Origin: an uncultured Ruficoccus sp.
GTDB lineage: Bacteria > Verrucomicrobiota > Verrucomicrobiia > Opitutales > Cerasicoccaceae
Direction: 5' to 3'
DNA: 64,000 nt
NCBI GenBank assembly: GCA_965140785.1
Contig: OZ223481.1
Location: 96,001-160,000 of the forward strand
Shown piece by piece: positions 43,029-52,270 of the stretch. How positions within the stretch are numbered: position 1 is the first letter of the stretch; each line of letters starts with the position of its first letter. The position numbers and the translations under genes are program-made. A model generated the notes under the pieces. The model did not search any database and was not told the origin of the DNA. It was given only the letters and a program-made list of their open reading frames with translations.

Positions 43029-44396
43029 CTAGCGTTCGCCGCCCTGGCCGATGCCGTAGGCCTCGAAGCCGATTTCACGCAGCTGAGACAGTGCGAGGAT
43101 ATTGCGGCCGTCGAAGACGAAGGCGGGCTTGAGCATTTCCTGGTAAATCCGCCCCCAGTCCAGCCCCTTGAAGCTGTCCCACTCGGTCAGGATGGCCACG
43201 GCGTGCGCGCCACGGATGGCTGCGTACGGATCGGTGCAGATATCCACGCGCTCATCGTCCTCGCCTAGTCCCAAATCGCGCTGAATCGTGGCCGGATCGA
43301 CCTTGGGGTCGTAAATGGCGAGGTTCGCCTGCTCTTCCAAGAGGTCGCGGCAGACGCTGATGGCAGGCGATTCGCGGGTGTCGTTGGTGTCCTTCTTGAA
43401 GGCAAAGCCGAGGATGGCGATTTTCTTGCCCGAGACGGTATTGAACAGCGTGCTCACCATGCGGTCCACGAAGCGGCGCTTCTGGTGGTCGTTCATGGTT
43501 ACGACCTGCTCCCAGTACTTGGCCACTTCCGGCAGGCCGAAGTGTTCACACAGGTACACCAGGTTCAAAATATCCTTCTGGAAGCACGAGCCGCCGAAAC
43601 CGACCGAGCTGCGCAGGAATTTTGGGCCGATGCGCGAATCCCGCCCGATGGCGTGGGCGACCTCGTCCACGTTGGCGCCAGTGGCCTCGCAGAGGGCCGA
43701 AATGGCGTTGATGGAGGAAATGCGCTGGGCCAGAAAGGCGTTGGCGGTCAGCTTGGACAGCTCCGAGGACCAGACATTCGTCGTGAGAATGCGCTCGCGC
43801 GGCACCCAGCGGGCGTAAACCTCCACCAGCGCCTGCACGGCCTTGTCCCCCTCGGCGGACTCCTCACCGCCGATCAGCACACGGTCGGGCGCGGTCAGGT
43901 CCTCGACGGCGGTCCCTTCGGCCAGAAACTCGGGATTGGAGATGACCTGGAAGTTCAGGTCCTTGCCCGAACCGGCCAGGATACGCCGGATGGACTCGGC
44001 GGTGCGCACCGGCAGGGTCGATTTCTCCACCACAATCTTGTCCGACTCGGCCACCTCGGCGATGCGCCGGGCGCACAGCTCGATGTATTTCAGGTCGGCG
44101 GCGCGGCCCGCGCCCACCCCGTAGGTCTTGGTCGGCGTGTTGACCGACATGAAAATCATATCCGCCTCGCGGATAGCCTGATCCACCTCGGTGCTGAAAA
44201 ACAGGTTCCGCCCGCGGGCCTCCTTGACCACCTCGTCCAGGCCCGGCTCGAACACCGGCAGCTTGTCCGAGTTCCAGGCGTCGATACGCGCCTGGTTAAT
44301 GTCAACAACCGTGACCGGAATGTCCGGGCACTGCTTGGCAATCATGGCCATGGTGGGTCCGCCCACATAACCGGCTCCGATGCAGCAAATCTTCAT
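43029..44396 (-). CDS. ugd: UDP-glucose 6-dehydrogenase
   Basis: [42 protein letters not shown]; start moved to ATG 44396. Confidence 0.95.
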   Translation of the reverse strand: MKICCIGAGYVGGPTMAMIAKQCPDIPVTVVDINQARIDAWNSDKLPVFEPGLDEVVKEARGRNLFFSTEVDQAIREADMIFMSVNTPTKTYGVGAGRAADLKYIELCARRIAEVAESDKIVVEKSTLPVRTAESIRRILAGSGKDLNFQVISNPEFLAEGTAVEDLTAPDRVLIGGEESAEGDKAVQALVEVYARWVPRERILTTNVWSSELSKLTANAFLAQRISSINAISALCEATGANVDEVAHAIGRDSRIGPKFLRSSVGFGGSCFQKDILNLVYLCEHFGLPEVAKYWEQVVTMNDHQKRRFVDRMVSTLFNTVSGKKIAILGFAFKKDTNDTRESPAISVCRDLLEEQANLAIYDPKVDPATIQRDLGLGEDDERVDICTDPYAAIRGAHAVAILTEWDSFKGLDWGRIYQEMLKPAFVFDGRNILALSQLREIGFEAYGIGQGGER

Positions 44397-44538
44397 AACA
44401 CTTGGGTTTTTCGCAATTGGGGGAAAAGTGCGATGCTCCCCATATCGCCCAAATTGACAATCCTTTAATCCGCCCGGACGGGTGACACCTCCGTTACGAT
44501 GCCCGTCGTCGATAAGTAGGCCCTCGTGTCGTGTTAGC

Positions 44539-44705
44539 CTAGGCCGCGTGGACAAAATACGGAACGAGCAACCGAAGGCGATTTTTGGTCCGAAATTCAG
44601 GCTTCGAAGCGAGGCAATTTGCCGAATTGTCGAGCTGAGGACATGGATTTGGGGCCTAAAAGCGCCAAAGGGGGCGACATGAGCTATTTTGTCCACGTGG
44701 CCTAG
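44539..44705. repeat. ~167-bp long-hairpin element, family R2, copy B
   Basis: 21-bp terminal inverted repeat CTAGGCCGCGTGGACAAAATA with one mismatch; internal motifs shared with copy C. Confidence 0.85.
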
Positions 44706-44725
44706 TTCCTGATAAAATGCGAATG

Positions 44726-44810
44726 GCCACAAAAGGCACAAATCCGGAACTGGCCTCTCTAGATTCGCGCCTTATCCTGATTTTTTGTGAGTTTTGTGCC
44801 TTTTTGTGGC
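44726..44810. repeat. Inverted-repeat element, family R1, copy 3
   Basis: GCCACAAAAGGCACAAA ... TTTTGTGAGTTTTGTGCCTTTTTGTGGC. Confidence 0.85.
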
Positions 44811-44884
44811 TCAAATACATCTTCAATGAACTCAGCTAGCACCACCCCAGTTCAAGATTGCCCCGACCGGGCCGATAACTTCTG

Positions 44885-45718
44885 ATGCCACCCGTGCCGG
44901 ACACGCCCGACATCTCCGTCATCATCCTCACGCTCAACGAGGAGCGCGACCTGCCCGGCTGTCTGGAATCCCTGACCTGGTGCGACGATGTCCATGTGCT
45001 CGACTCGGGTAGCACTGACCGCACCGCGGAGCTGGCCACCGCCGCCGGGGCCACCGTCGCCGTCAACCCTTTCCAGTCCTTCGGCCAGCAGCGCAACTGG
45101 GCGCTCGACCACTGCCCGCTTAAACACGGCTGGGTGCTCTTTCTCGACGCCGACGAGCGCGTCACTCCGGCCATGCTGGCGGAACTGACCGAGAAGACCG
45201 CCCATGCTCCCGACACCATCGCCGGGTATTACTGCTGCTGGGCTCTCATGCTGGGTGAACGCTGGCTCAAGCGCGCCGACAATTTCCCCAAATGGCAATT
45301 CCGCCTGCTGCGGCGGGGCCGGGCGCGCTTCACGGACTTCGGCCACGGCCAGAAGGAGGACCAGGTGGAGGGCGAGATCGGCTATATCAAAGAGCCCTAC
45401 CTGCACTACGCTTTCGGCGGCGGCTGGGAGGTCTGGCAAAAGCGCCACCGCAAATACGCCAAACAGGAAGCCGCCGCCCGGCTGGCCTCCGATGTGCCGC
45501 TCTCCCGCATCTTTTCCCGCCACGCCTCGCAGCGTAACCCCGCCATCAAGCGACTCGTCAGCCGCCTGCCCGGCTGGCCGCTGTTCCGTTTTTCCTACAC
45601 CTATGTCCTGCGCGGCGGCTTCCTCGAAGGCCGCGAAGCCTGGGAGTATTGCCGCCGCTTGGCCTGGTACGAAGCCCTCATCCAACATGAGATGCGGCAA
45701 GTCAGGCACCATTCTTGA
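44885..45718 (+). CDS. Glycosyltransferase family 2 (beta-1,4-glucosyltransferase-like)
   Basis: SVIILTLNEE, LDSGSTD, QRNWAL, FLDADE, GFLEG. Confidence 0.9.
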   Translation: MPPVPDTPDISVIILTLNEERDLPGCLESLTWCDDVHVLDSGSTDRTAELATAAGATVAVNPFQSFGQQRNWALDHCPLKHGWVLFLDADERVTPAMLAELTEKTAHAPDTIAGYYCCWALMLGERWLKRADNFPKWQFRLLRRGRARFTDFGHGQKEDQVEGEIGYIKEPYLHYAFGGGWEVWQKRHRKYAKQEAAARLASDVPLSRIFSRHASQRNPAIKRLVSRLPGWPLFRFSYTYVLRGGFLEGREAWEYCRRLAWYEALIQHEMRQVRHHS

Positions 45719-45756
45719 ACCTGCTTTTTCCAACCCACCGCATGCAATCTGATAAT

Positions 45757-45791
45757 TTTCTTTATTTCAGAAAAAAATGAATATATAGAAA
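45757..45791. promoter_or_regulatory. Candidate operator of the MarR/GbsR regulator
   Basis: AT-rich imperfect palindrome TTTCTTTATTTCA-GAAAAAAA-TGAATATATAGAAA (core TTCA-N8-TGAA) just before the regulator ATG. Confidence 0.45.
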
Positions 45792-45799
45792 TATTAAAA

Positions 45800-46276
45800 A
45801 TGCCCAAAGAAGCGACCGCAATTCTGGAGGAGTGGGAAATCGAGCTGTTGAATATTTTTGTCGGCTTGTTCGACTCGTTTGGTGTGCCCAAATCGGTGGC
45901 GCAGATTTACGGCGTGCTCTTTTGCGCCGAACAACCGCTGACCCAGGAGGAGATTGGCCAGAAGCTCCAGATCAGCGCCGGATCGGCCTCGCAAGGGCTG
46001 CGTTTCCTGGTGGACATCGGAGCCGCGCACAAGCAGTCCACCCCCGGCCAGCGCGGCAGTCAGTTCACCCCCGAACGCTCCATGCGCCGGTTGCTGGGTT
46101 ATTTCATCGATGTAAAAATGCGTCCCCGTATGCGCACCGGCAAGGAACGCCTGGAAACCCTGCGCGACCGGCTGCCCGAAAACGATAAACTCGCTCAAAA
46201 GCGGTTGGAAACGCTTCTTCAGTGGCAGAGCAAGGCCAACAAGCTGCTGCCTGTCATTTCCAAGTTTCTCGGCTAA
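45800..46276 (+). CDS. GbsR/MarR-family transcriptional regulator
   Basis: FGVPKSVAQIYGVL....PLT.EEI...L.IS.GSAS.GLR.L winged-helix pattern. Confidence 0.85.
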   Translation: MPKEATAILEEWEIELLNIFVGLFDSFGVPKSVAQIYGVLFCAEQPLTQEEIGQKLQISAGSASQGLRFLVDIGAAHKQSTPGQRGSQFTPERSMRRLLGYFIDVKMRPRMRTGKERLETLRDRLPENDKLAQKRLETLLQWQSKANKLLPVISKFLG

Positions 46277-46302
46277 GCCCCCAATTCTTTTCCGCTCATT
46301 TC

Positions 46303-47283
46303 ATGGACAAGTCCCAGCCTATCCTCGTCACCGGCGCCGCCGGATTCATCGGCAGCAAAACCGCCGAACTCCTGCTTGAAGCCGGACACACCGTCGTTGG
46401 CATCGACAATCTCAATGACTACTATGATGTGCGCGTCAAGCAGCACCGGCTCGACCAACTCAAGGGGCGGGAAGGCTTTACCTTTGAGCCGACCGATATC
46501 GAGGACCTGCCCGCCCTGGAGAAACTCTTTGCAGTACACCGCTTCGTCGCCGTCATCAACCTGGCAGCCCGCGCCGGGGTTCGGTACAGCATGGAGAACC
46601 CGCACGTCTACATGACGACCAACGCCCACGGCACCCTCAACCTGCTGGAGTGCATGAAGGACCACGGGGTGAAAAAATTCGTCCTGGCCTCGACCTCCTC
46701 ACTCTACGCGGGCCAGCCCATGCCCTTTGTCGAGACGCTACCGGTCAATACGCCGATCTCCCCCTACGCCGCCTCTAAAAAAGCCGCCGAAACCATGGCC
46801 TACACCTACCATCACCTCTATGGTATCGACGTGACCGTGCTTCGCTATTTCACGGTCTTCGGTCCGGCGGGCCGCCCGGACATGTCCATCCTGCGCTTTA
46901 TCAAGTGGATCGACGAAGGCACCCCGATCGAGCTTTTTGGTGACGGCTCCCAAAGCCGCGACTTCACCTACGTGGACGATATCGCCCGCGGCACCATCGC
47001 CGCGCTCAAGCCCCTCGGCTACGAGATTATTAACCTCGGCGGCGGCAACAACCCCATCTCGATCAACGCCATGATCGAATGTTTCGAGCAGCACCTGGGC
47101 AAAAAAGCCACCATCGACCACAAGCCCTTCCACAAGGCCGACATGAAGGAAACCTGGGCCAATATCGACAAAGCCAAATCCCTCCTCGGCTGGACCCCCA
47201 AAATCGACCCCTTCGAAGGCTTCCGCCGCAGCGTCGAGTGGCACCGTGAGAACCGCGAGTGGGTAAGCGATATTCAGCTATGA
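46303..47283 (+). CDS. NAD-dependent epimerase (UDP-glucuronate 4-epimerase-like)
   Basis: TGAAGFIG, LAARAGVRYS, YAASK, FTVFGPAGRPDM, RDFTYVDD. Confidence 0.88.
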   Translation: MDKSQPILVTGAAGFIGSKTAELLLEAGHTVVGIDNLNDYYDVRVKQHRLDQLKGREGFTFEPTDIEDLPALEKLFAVHRFVAVINLAARAGVRYSMENPHVYMTTNAHGTLNLLECMKDHGVKKFVLASTSSLYAGQPMPFVETLPVNTPISPYAASKKAAETMAYTYHHLYGIDVTVLRYFTVFGPAGRPDMSILRFIKWIDEGTPIELFGDGSQSRDFTYVDDIARGTIAALKPLGYEIINLGGGNNPISINAMIECFEQHLGKKATIDHKPFHKADMKETWANIDKAKSLLGWTPKIDPFEGFRRSVEWHRENREWVSDIQL

Positions 47284-48086
47284 GTGAGCGAAGCAACATT
47301 TTCAGTCTGCCGAAGCGGGCTCTGAATCGCCTGACACGCGATAGCCAACTTCTATTCGCACGACTTGAACATAAAATCCGGCCTGAAAAGGCTTGCCACA
47401 TTGCCATCTGTGGCTTTCCCCGCGCCGGCACCTCCGTGCTCTTCAACATGCTCGCCTCGACCATGAAGGGTTTCAATAACCTGGGCCGGGAGACTGGCGC
47501 ACTTGCTGTGTTGAACCGTAGGGGTAACTGGATCACCAAGCAGCCCAACGATATATTTCATATCGGCAAAATCGCGGCCCAAAATTTCAGGGCTAAGAAA
47601 GTTCTGGTCATCGCCCTGTACCGGGATCCTAGCGACTCCATTACCTCCGTACACAGACTGCTGCCCGACGATTACTACATGGGCTACGATAAGAGAGGAT
47701 TCGACCAGTGCGGACTGGGGGAAATCTACAATGCCTACAAAAAGGCGATCGACCATCCCCCCGCCGGAGTCGACTTCCTCACTTTCTCTTACGAAGAACT
47801 CTGTGGAGCCCCGTCACGCCTGCAGGCGGAAATAACCCGTCGACTACAGGCCGAGTTCAGCGCCGACATGAAGGATTTCTATAAGTCTGGCGGTCAGATG
47901 GCCTATAAGTCCGGCGAAAGAGCCGAAAAGATCGCCGCCGGTCCCCTCGTCAAAGAACGACTCGGGAAATGGAAAAAGCCCGAGCGCATCCGCTCTCAGT
48001 TCACCCAGTTCCCCGAACTCTTCGCCATGGTAGAGGAGCTGGGCTACGAAAAAGACAGGGACTGGTTCGACACCTACCGTACCTGA
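47280..48086 (+). CDS. Sulfotransferase-family protein
   Basis: 5'-PSB-like GFPRAGTS, 3'-PB-like YRDPSDSITS, SYEEL, LGKWK, LGY. Confidence 0.72.
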   Translation: MSERSNIFSLPKRALNRLTRDSQLLFARLEHKIRPEKACHIAICGFPRAGTSVLFNMLASTMKGFNNLGRETGALAVLNRRGNWITKQPNDIFHIGKIAAQNFRAKKVLVIALYRDPSDSITSVHRLLPDDYYMGYDKRGFDQCGLGEIYNAYKKAIDHPPAGVDFLTFSYEELCGAPSRLQAEITRRLQAEFSADMKDFYKSGGQMAYKSGERAEKIAAGPLVKERLGKWKKPERIRSQFTQFPELFAMVEELGYEKDRDWFDTYRT

Positions 48087-48123
48087 TCCTCTCCAGTATT
48101 TTTCGCCTAAAACTATACGACGT

Positions 48124-48539
48124 ATGTTACTTAAAAAAAATTCCCGCCGACTCAAGCGGTTGCTCTTCCCCCGGAAACGTAACGGTGAAGGCCCTCCCGC
48201 CTCCTACCGATCCGTCCAACTGACAACTGAAGGCATTAACGCCGGTGATTATAAAAAGTATCTCGGCGGGGGAGCCGGGCAGTGGGATCAGCGCGGGCAA
48301 TTTCAGTTGGACCTGCTGCGCTCCATAGGTCTCACCCCCACCTCGAAGCTGGCAGACATCGGCTGCGGGCCGCTGCGCGCCGGCCGTTTCTTCATCGAAT
48401 ACCTGGAAGCGGACGGTTACTTCGGCTTCGACTACAACGTCAGCTTCATTGAGGCAGGCAGGGCGATCATCGACGAGCAGGGACTGGTTAACAAGCGGCC
48501 AACCCGCTGCCCATCCTCCTTTTGAAAAAGAACAGCTGA
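48124..48539 (+). pseudogene. Truncated class I SAM-dependent methyltransferase
   Basis: Motif I LADIGCGPLR and YFGFD are present, but the ORF stops at 133 aa (48525) and there is no room for the rest of the fold before murA. Confidence 0.65.
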
Positions 48540-48567
48540 GGCAGCGACACCTAAAAATCTCCGCACC

Positions 48568-49866
48568 ATGAAAAACAAAATCGATCTCTCTGTCATAGGC
48601 GGGCAAGTGCCCTCAGGGGCTGTACCAGTCAGTGGAGCCAAAAATGCGGCAACCCGTCTCATGGCGGCAGGGCTTTTGACCAATGAGCCCGTTATCCTGT
48701 CGAATTTTCCCACCGAGTTGGTAGACGTCGCCCAGAAGGCCCGTTTCATGCGCGCCATCGGCGCCGAATTGGACTTCGACCGCCAGCGCAGTGTACTCAC
48801 CGTCAACGCCCGGGGGACGCAGGACGCTCCCCCCGCAGACTTCGACTTTCCCATCCGTACCACGTACCTTCTGCCTGTCGGTCAATTGGTCCGCTATGGC
48901 CATGCACATATTCCTTACCCCGGTGGATGCAAGCTGGGTGAGCGTAAATACGACCTGCATCTGGAAGTGTGGCGCCAGCTCGGCTGCGATGTCGTCGAGC
49001 GTGAAGATCACATTGAAATAACCGCACGCTCGGGCTCACTGGTCGGCAACGAAATCAACTTCCCCATTACAACGGTCGGGGGCACCGAGAATGCCTTGCT
49101 GTGCGGAGCTGTGGCCCAGGGGACCACAGTCGTCCACAACGCCTATGTGACCCCGGAAGTTTATAACCTGATCGAGCTCCTGCGGCTGATGGGAGCCCAG
49201 ATCCAAATTCAGGGCAGCAGCATGATCACCATCGAAGGTGCCGGTGGGTGCCTGCACGGAGCGACCATTGACGTGATCCCCGACCGCATCGAAGCCCTCA
49301 CCTGGATTATCTACGCCGCCCTGTCCAAAGGCGATATCCTGATCGAGAATGTCCCCTTCGACCTGATGGAAATTCCCCTTCAGCACTTGCGGGCCGCAGG
49401 GCTCGATTACTTCAGCAACAGCCGTTCCGTTTACATCTCCCCGAACTGCTTCAGCACGCACTTCGTGCAGCCGTTCGAGCTGGCTTGCGGCACCCACCCG
49501 GGCATCATTTCGGACATGCAGCCGTTCTACGTGCTGCTGGCCATGTTTGGCGCCGGTAAGAGCCTGATCGTGGACTATCGCTACCCCAAGCGGGTCGCTT
49601 TCCTCGACGAGTTGCTCAAGTTCGCCCCGGGCTCGCTGGAGTGGAAGAGTGAAGATGCCGCCATGATCCGCGTCAACGGACCCGTCCCACTGCGCGGTGC
49701 ACAGGTCAAGTCCACCGACCTGCGCGGCAGCATGACGCTCGTCATGGCCGGACTTCTGGCCCAGGGCAAGAGCATCATCCACGACGTCGGGATGGCCCTG
49801 CGTGGCTACAATCTGATGGAACAGAAGCTCCGATCCCTCGGCATCGAATTCGAGATCTCGGAATAA
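48568..49866 (+). CDS. murA: UDP-GlcNAc 1-carboxyvinyltransferase (MurA) homolog inside a polysaccharide operon
   Basis: GAKNAA, PGGCKLGER (active-site Cys loop), PDRIEA, SDMQP, TDLRG, RGY. Confidence 0.88.
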   Translation: MKNKIDLSVIGGQVPSGAVPVSGAKNAATRLMAAGLLTNEPVILSNFPTELVDVAQKARFMRAIGAELDFDRQRSVLTVNARGTQDAPPADFDFPIRTTYLLPVGQLVRYGHAHIPYPGGCKLGERKYDLHLEVWRQLGCDVVEREDHIEITARSGSLVGNEINFPITTVGGTENALLCGAVAQGTTVVHNAYVTPEVYNLIELLRLMGAQIQIQGSSMITIEGAGGCLHGATIDVIPDRIEALTWIIYAALSKGDILIENVPFDLMEIPLQHLRAAGLDYFSNSRSVYISPNCFSTHFVQPFELACGTHPGIISDMQPFYVLLAMFGAGKSLIVDYRYPKRVAFLDELLKFAPGSLEWKSEDAAMIRVNGPVPLRGAQVKSTDLRGSMTLVMAGLLAQGKSIIHDVGMALRGYNLMEQKLRSLGIEFEISE

Positions 49867-49876
49867 AAACGCGTCC

Positions 49877-50806
49877 ATGCTCGTTCTCCAACAGCAGTTT
49901 CCGAATGCGGTACGGTTTGACGAACCGCTTGCCCCCTACTCCTGGTGGCGTATCGGAGGCAAGGCCGACGCCCTGATCGAGATTCAAAGCGAGGAGCAAC
50001 TGGCCCATGTGCTCAAGAGCCTCCAATCACACAAGCTCGCCTGGTGCCTCATTGGACGAGGCACCAACCTGCTTTTTGACGATGCGGGCTTCCGGGGTTG
50101 CGTGCTGCGGCTGGGCAATGGTTTATCCGACATGAGCTTCGAGGACGACCGACTCACCGCCCAGGCCGGCTGCTGGACGCCCGGCGTGGCCTTGACCTGC
50201 GCCCGCCGCGGGCTTTCCGGAATCGAGCACACCATCGGCATTCCCGCCTCCTTCGGGGGTCTGATCTGCATGAATGGCGGCAGCCAGCGCAAAGGAATCG
50301 GCGACATCACCGAAAGCGTGACCACCCTTGATCCGGAGGGAAACCGCCACACCTACAGCCGAGAGGACTGCGCGTTTTCATACCGTCACAGCCGTTTTCA
50401 AGACAGCGGCGAGATCGTCGTCAGCGCAACCCTCCGGTTCCCAGCCCATCGCCCCTACACGGAACAACGTCCGGAACTGCTCTCCATCCTGCGCGAGCGC
50501 AATCGCAAATTCCCCCGCAAACTCCCAAGCTGCGGCTCGGTTTTCAAGAGCTCCCCGGAACTTTTTTCCGCCTACGGCCCTCCCGGAAAAATCATTGAGG
50601 ACATGGGCTTTAAGGGGAAAACCTGTGGAAACATACAAGTCTCTCCCCGCCATGCCAATTTCATCGTCAACAAGGGCGGCGGCTCTTCCGCTGACGTCCT
50701 GGCACTGGTCAATGAAATCCGTGCAAGCGTCAGGGACAAAACCGGGCTGACCATGCACCCGGAATTCCGCTACGTCCACCCGACGCACGGCATCATCGAA
50801 ATCTGA
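49877..50806 (+). CDS. murB: UDP-N-acetylenolpyruvylglucosamine reductase (MurB) homolog
   Basis: IGGKAD, GRGTNLL, GIPASFGG..MNGG, YRHS, PSCGSVFK, HANFIVN, PEF. Confidence 0.88.
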   Translation: MLVLQQQFPNAVRFDEPLAPYSWWRIGGKADALIEIQSEEQLAHVLKSLQSHKLAWCLIGRGTNLLFDDAGFRGCVLRLGNGLSDMSFEDDRLTAQAGCWTPGVALTCARRGLSGIEHTIGIPASFGGLICMNGGSQRKGIGDITESVTTLDPEGNRHTYSREDCAFSYRHSRFQDSGEIVVSATLRFPAHRPYTEQRPELLSILRERNRKFPRKLPSCGSVFKSSPELFSAYGPPGKIIEDMGFKGKTCGNIQVSPRHANFIVNKGGGSSADVLALVNEIRASVRDKTGLTMHPEFRYVHPTHGIIEI

Positions 50807-50810
50807 TCGC

Positions 50811-52250
50811 ATGAAACGTCTGATTCACAGACTTTGGCACTCGCCGACCTTTACCTCATGGTCCAACCGGGCCGCGCAATCGGTTCGCCTGATCGTGCTG
50901 CTGCCCCTCATCCTGAAGGATTTCGACGACACTCAGGTGGCCTGCTGGTTTCTATTCAGCTCCATTCTCTTTTTCGGGCAAGTCATCAGCCAGCAAACCG
51001 CCCTGACGATGGCCCGCATGACAGCAATGGCCAACGGCGGCCTGAGTGACCTCTCCCCACACACCGGGAAAGCCCGCGACACAACCGGCCAGCCCAATTG
51101 GCCCCTGATCGAGCGCCTCTACGGCACACTGCAATCCCTCAATGCTATTCTCGCTGTCACCGGCCTGCTGCTGGCTATTGCCATGGGATATTATTCGCTT
51201 GAGCCCATGCTTAGCGATTACTCGGGAGCGAGCGACATCTGGTGCGCCTTCGCGATCCTCATGGGCGGGTATTTCATCAACGAGCTTTTTCGCAAGTTCG
51301 AAGTTACCCTCAAAGGGCTAAACCAGGTCGCCCTCACCAATCGCTGGAACGCCCTCTTCTCCGTACTCTCCTCGTGCAGTGGTGCTCTCGTCCTGCTGGC
51401 GGGCGGCTCCATCGTCGAGCTCGCCATCGCCATGCAGGCATTCATCCTGTTGAGTATCCTGCGCCAATGGGGGCTGCTCATGTTTCTGGTCCAGCCACGC
51501 TTCCGCGCCTTTAAAGTCTGGGCCTGGCATCAAGAAATTGTCAAATGGGCGTGGACTCCTTTATGGCGCGGCACGGTCCAGGCCCTGGCCAACCGCGGCG
51601 GCGCCCGGGTCGGAGCCGTTGTCCTCGCCCGCCATTGCGAGCCGGTCACCCTGGCCAGCATCCTTCTGGCCATACGCATCCTCGATGCGCTCGAAGACGT
51701 CAGCACCACCCCCATCGCCAGCCATTCACCGCGCTTTGGCCGGCTGTTGGGGGAAGGCAAAATCGACAAATTCCGCAAAGGCATGGATCGGGCGTTTCGC
51801 CTGTCATGCTCTGTCCATGTCACTGGGGTGGTCATGGTCGGATTTCTGGGCGGAATCGGGCTGCGGCTCCTTGGCTCCGATACAAAGTTCATCCCCATGA
51901 CCCTGTTCTTCAGCCTGGCAATCGCCCAGACACTCTTTTCCGTCGTTCGCAAGAGCCTGATGATATCAATGGTCGGCAACAACGTCGTCGTAGTCGAACG
52001 CTACTTGGCAGCTGCTCTGGCCAGTATCCTCCTCGCCTTCTGGCTCATCCCGCTGGACCCCTTCTGGGGCCTTCTTGCCAGCAGCTACCTCCCCGCCATC
52101 GTCATTGTAAACATCAAACCCCTCCAAATCGGCTGCCAGACGCTTCAGGAGCCCATATCGTTGTTCGTCAGGCGCACGATACTTGCCCCCCTGAGCGTGC
52201 TGCTGCTAGCCTCCGGGCTGGCGCTGGTGCTGAGTTATACGCGCCCTTGA
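50811..52250 (+). CDS. Wzx-like polysaccharide flippase
   Basis: 479 aa with about 12-14 hydrophobic segments; located among glycosyltransferases. Confidence 0.65.
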   Translation: MKRLIHRLWHSPTFTSWSNRAAQSVRLIVLLPLILKDFDDTQVACWFLFSSILFFGQVISQQTALTMARMTAMANGGLSDLSPHTGKARDTTGQPNWPLIERLYGTLQSLNAILAVTGLLLAIAMGYYSLEPMLSDYSGASDIWCAFAILMGGYFINELFRKFEVTLKGLNQVALTNRWNALFSVLSSCSGALVLLAGGSIVELAIAMQAFILLSILRQWGLLMFLVQPRFRAFKVWAWHQEIVKWAWTPLWRGTVQALANRGGARVGAVVLARHCEPVTLASILLAIRILDALEDVSTTPIASHSPRFGRLLGEGKIDKFRKGMDRAFRLSCSVHVTGVVMVGFLGGIGLRLLGSDTKFIPMTLFFSLAIAQTLFSVVRKSLMISMVGNNVVVVERYLAAALASILLAFWLIPLDPFWGLLASSYLPAIVIVNIKPLQIGCQTLQEPISLFVRRTILAPLSVLLLASGLALVLSYTRP

Positions 52251-52270
52251 GTACAACCCGAATCGATTCC

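Noticed and set aside
44397..44741. 115-aa N-terminal extension of ugd in the ORF track
   Set aside because: It is an open frame running through the R2 and R1 repeats; the Rossmann fold starts at 44396.
51545..52270. N-terminal 242 aa of the 631-aa ORF, suggesting a fusion protein
   Set aside because: It overlaps the flippase in another frame and reads as non-protein-like; the glycosyltransferase starts at ATG 52271.
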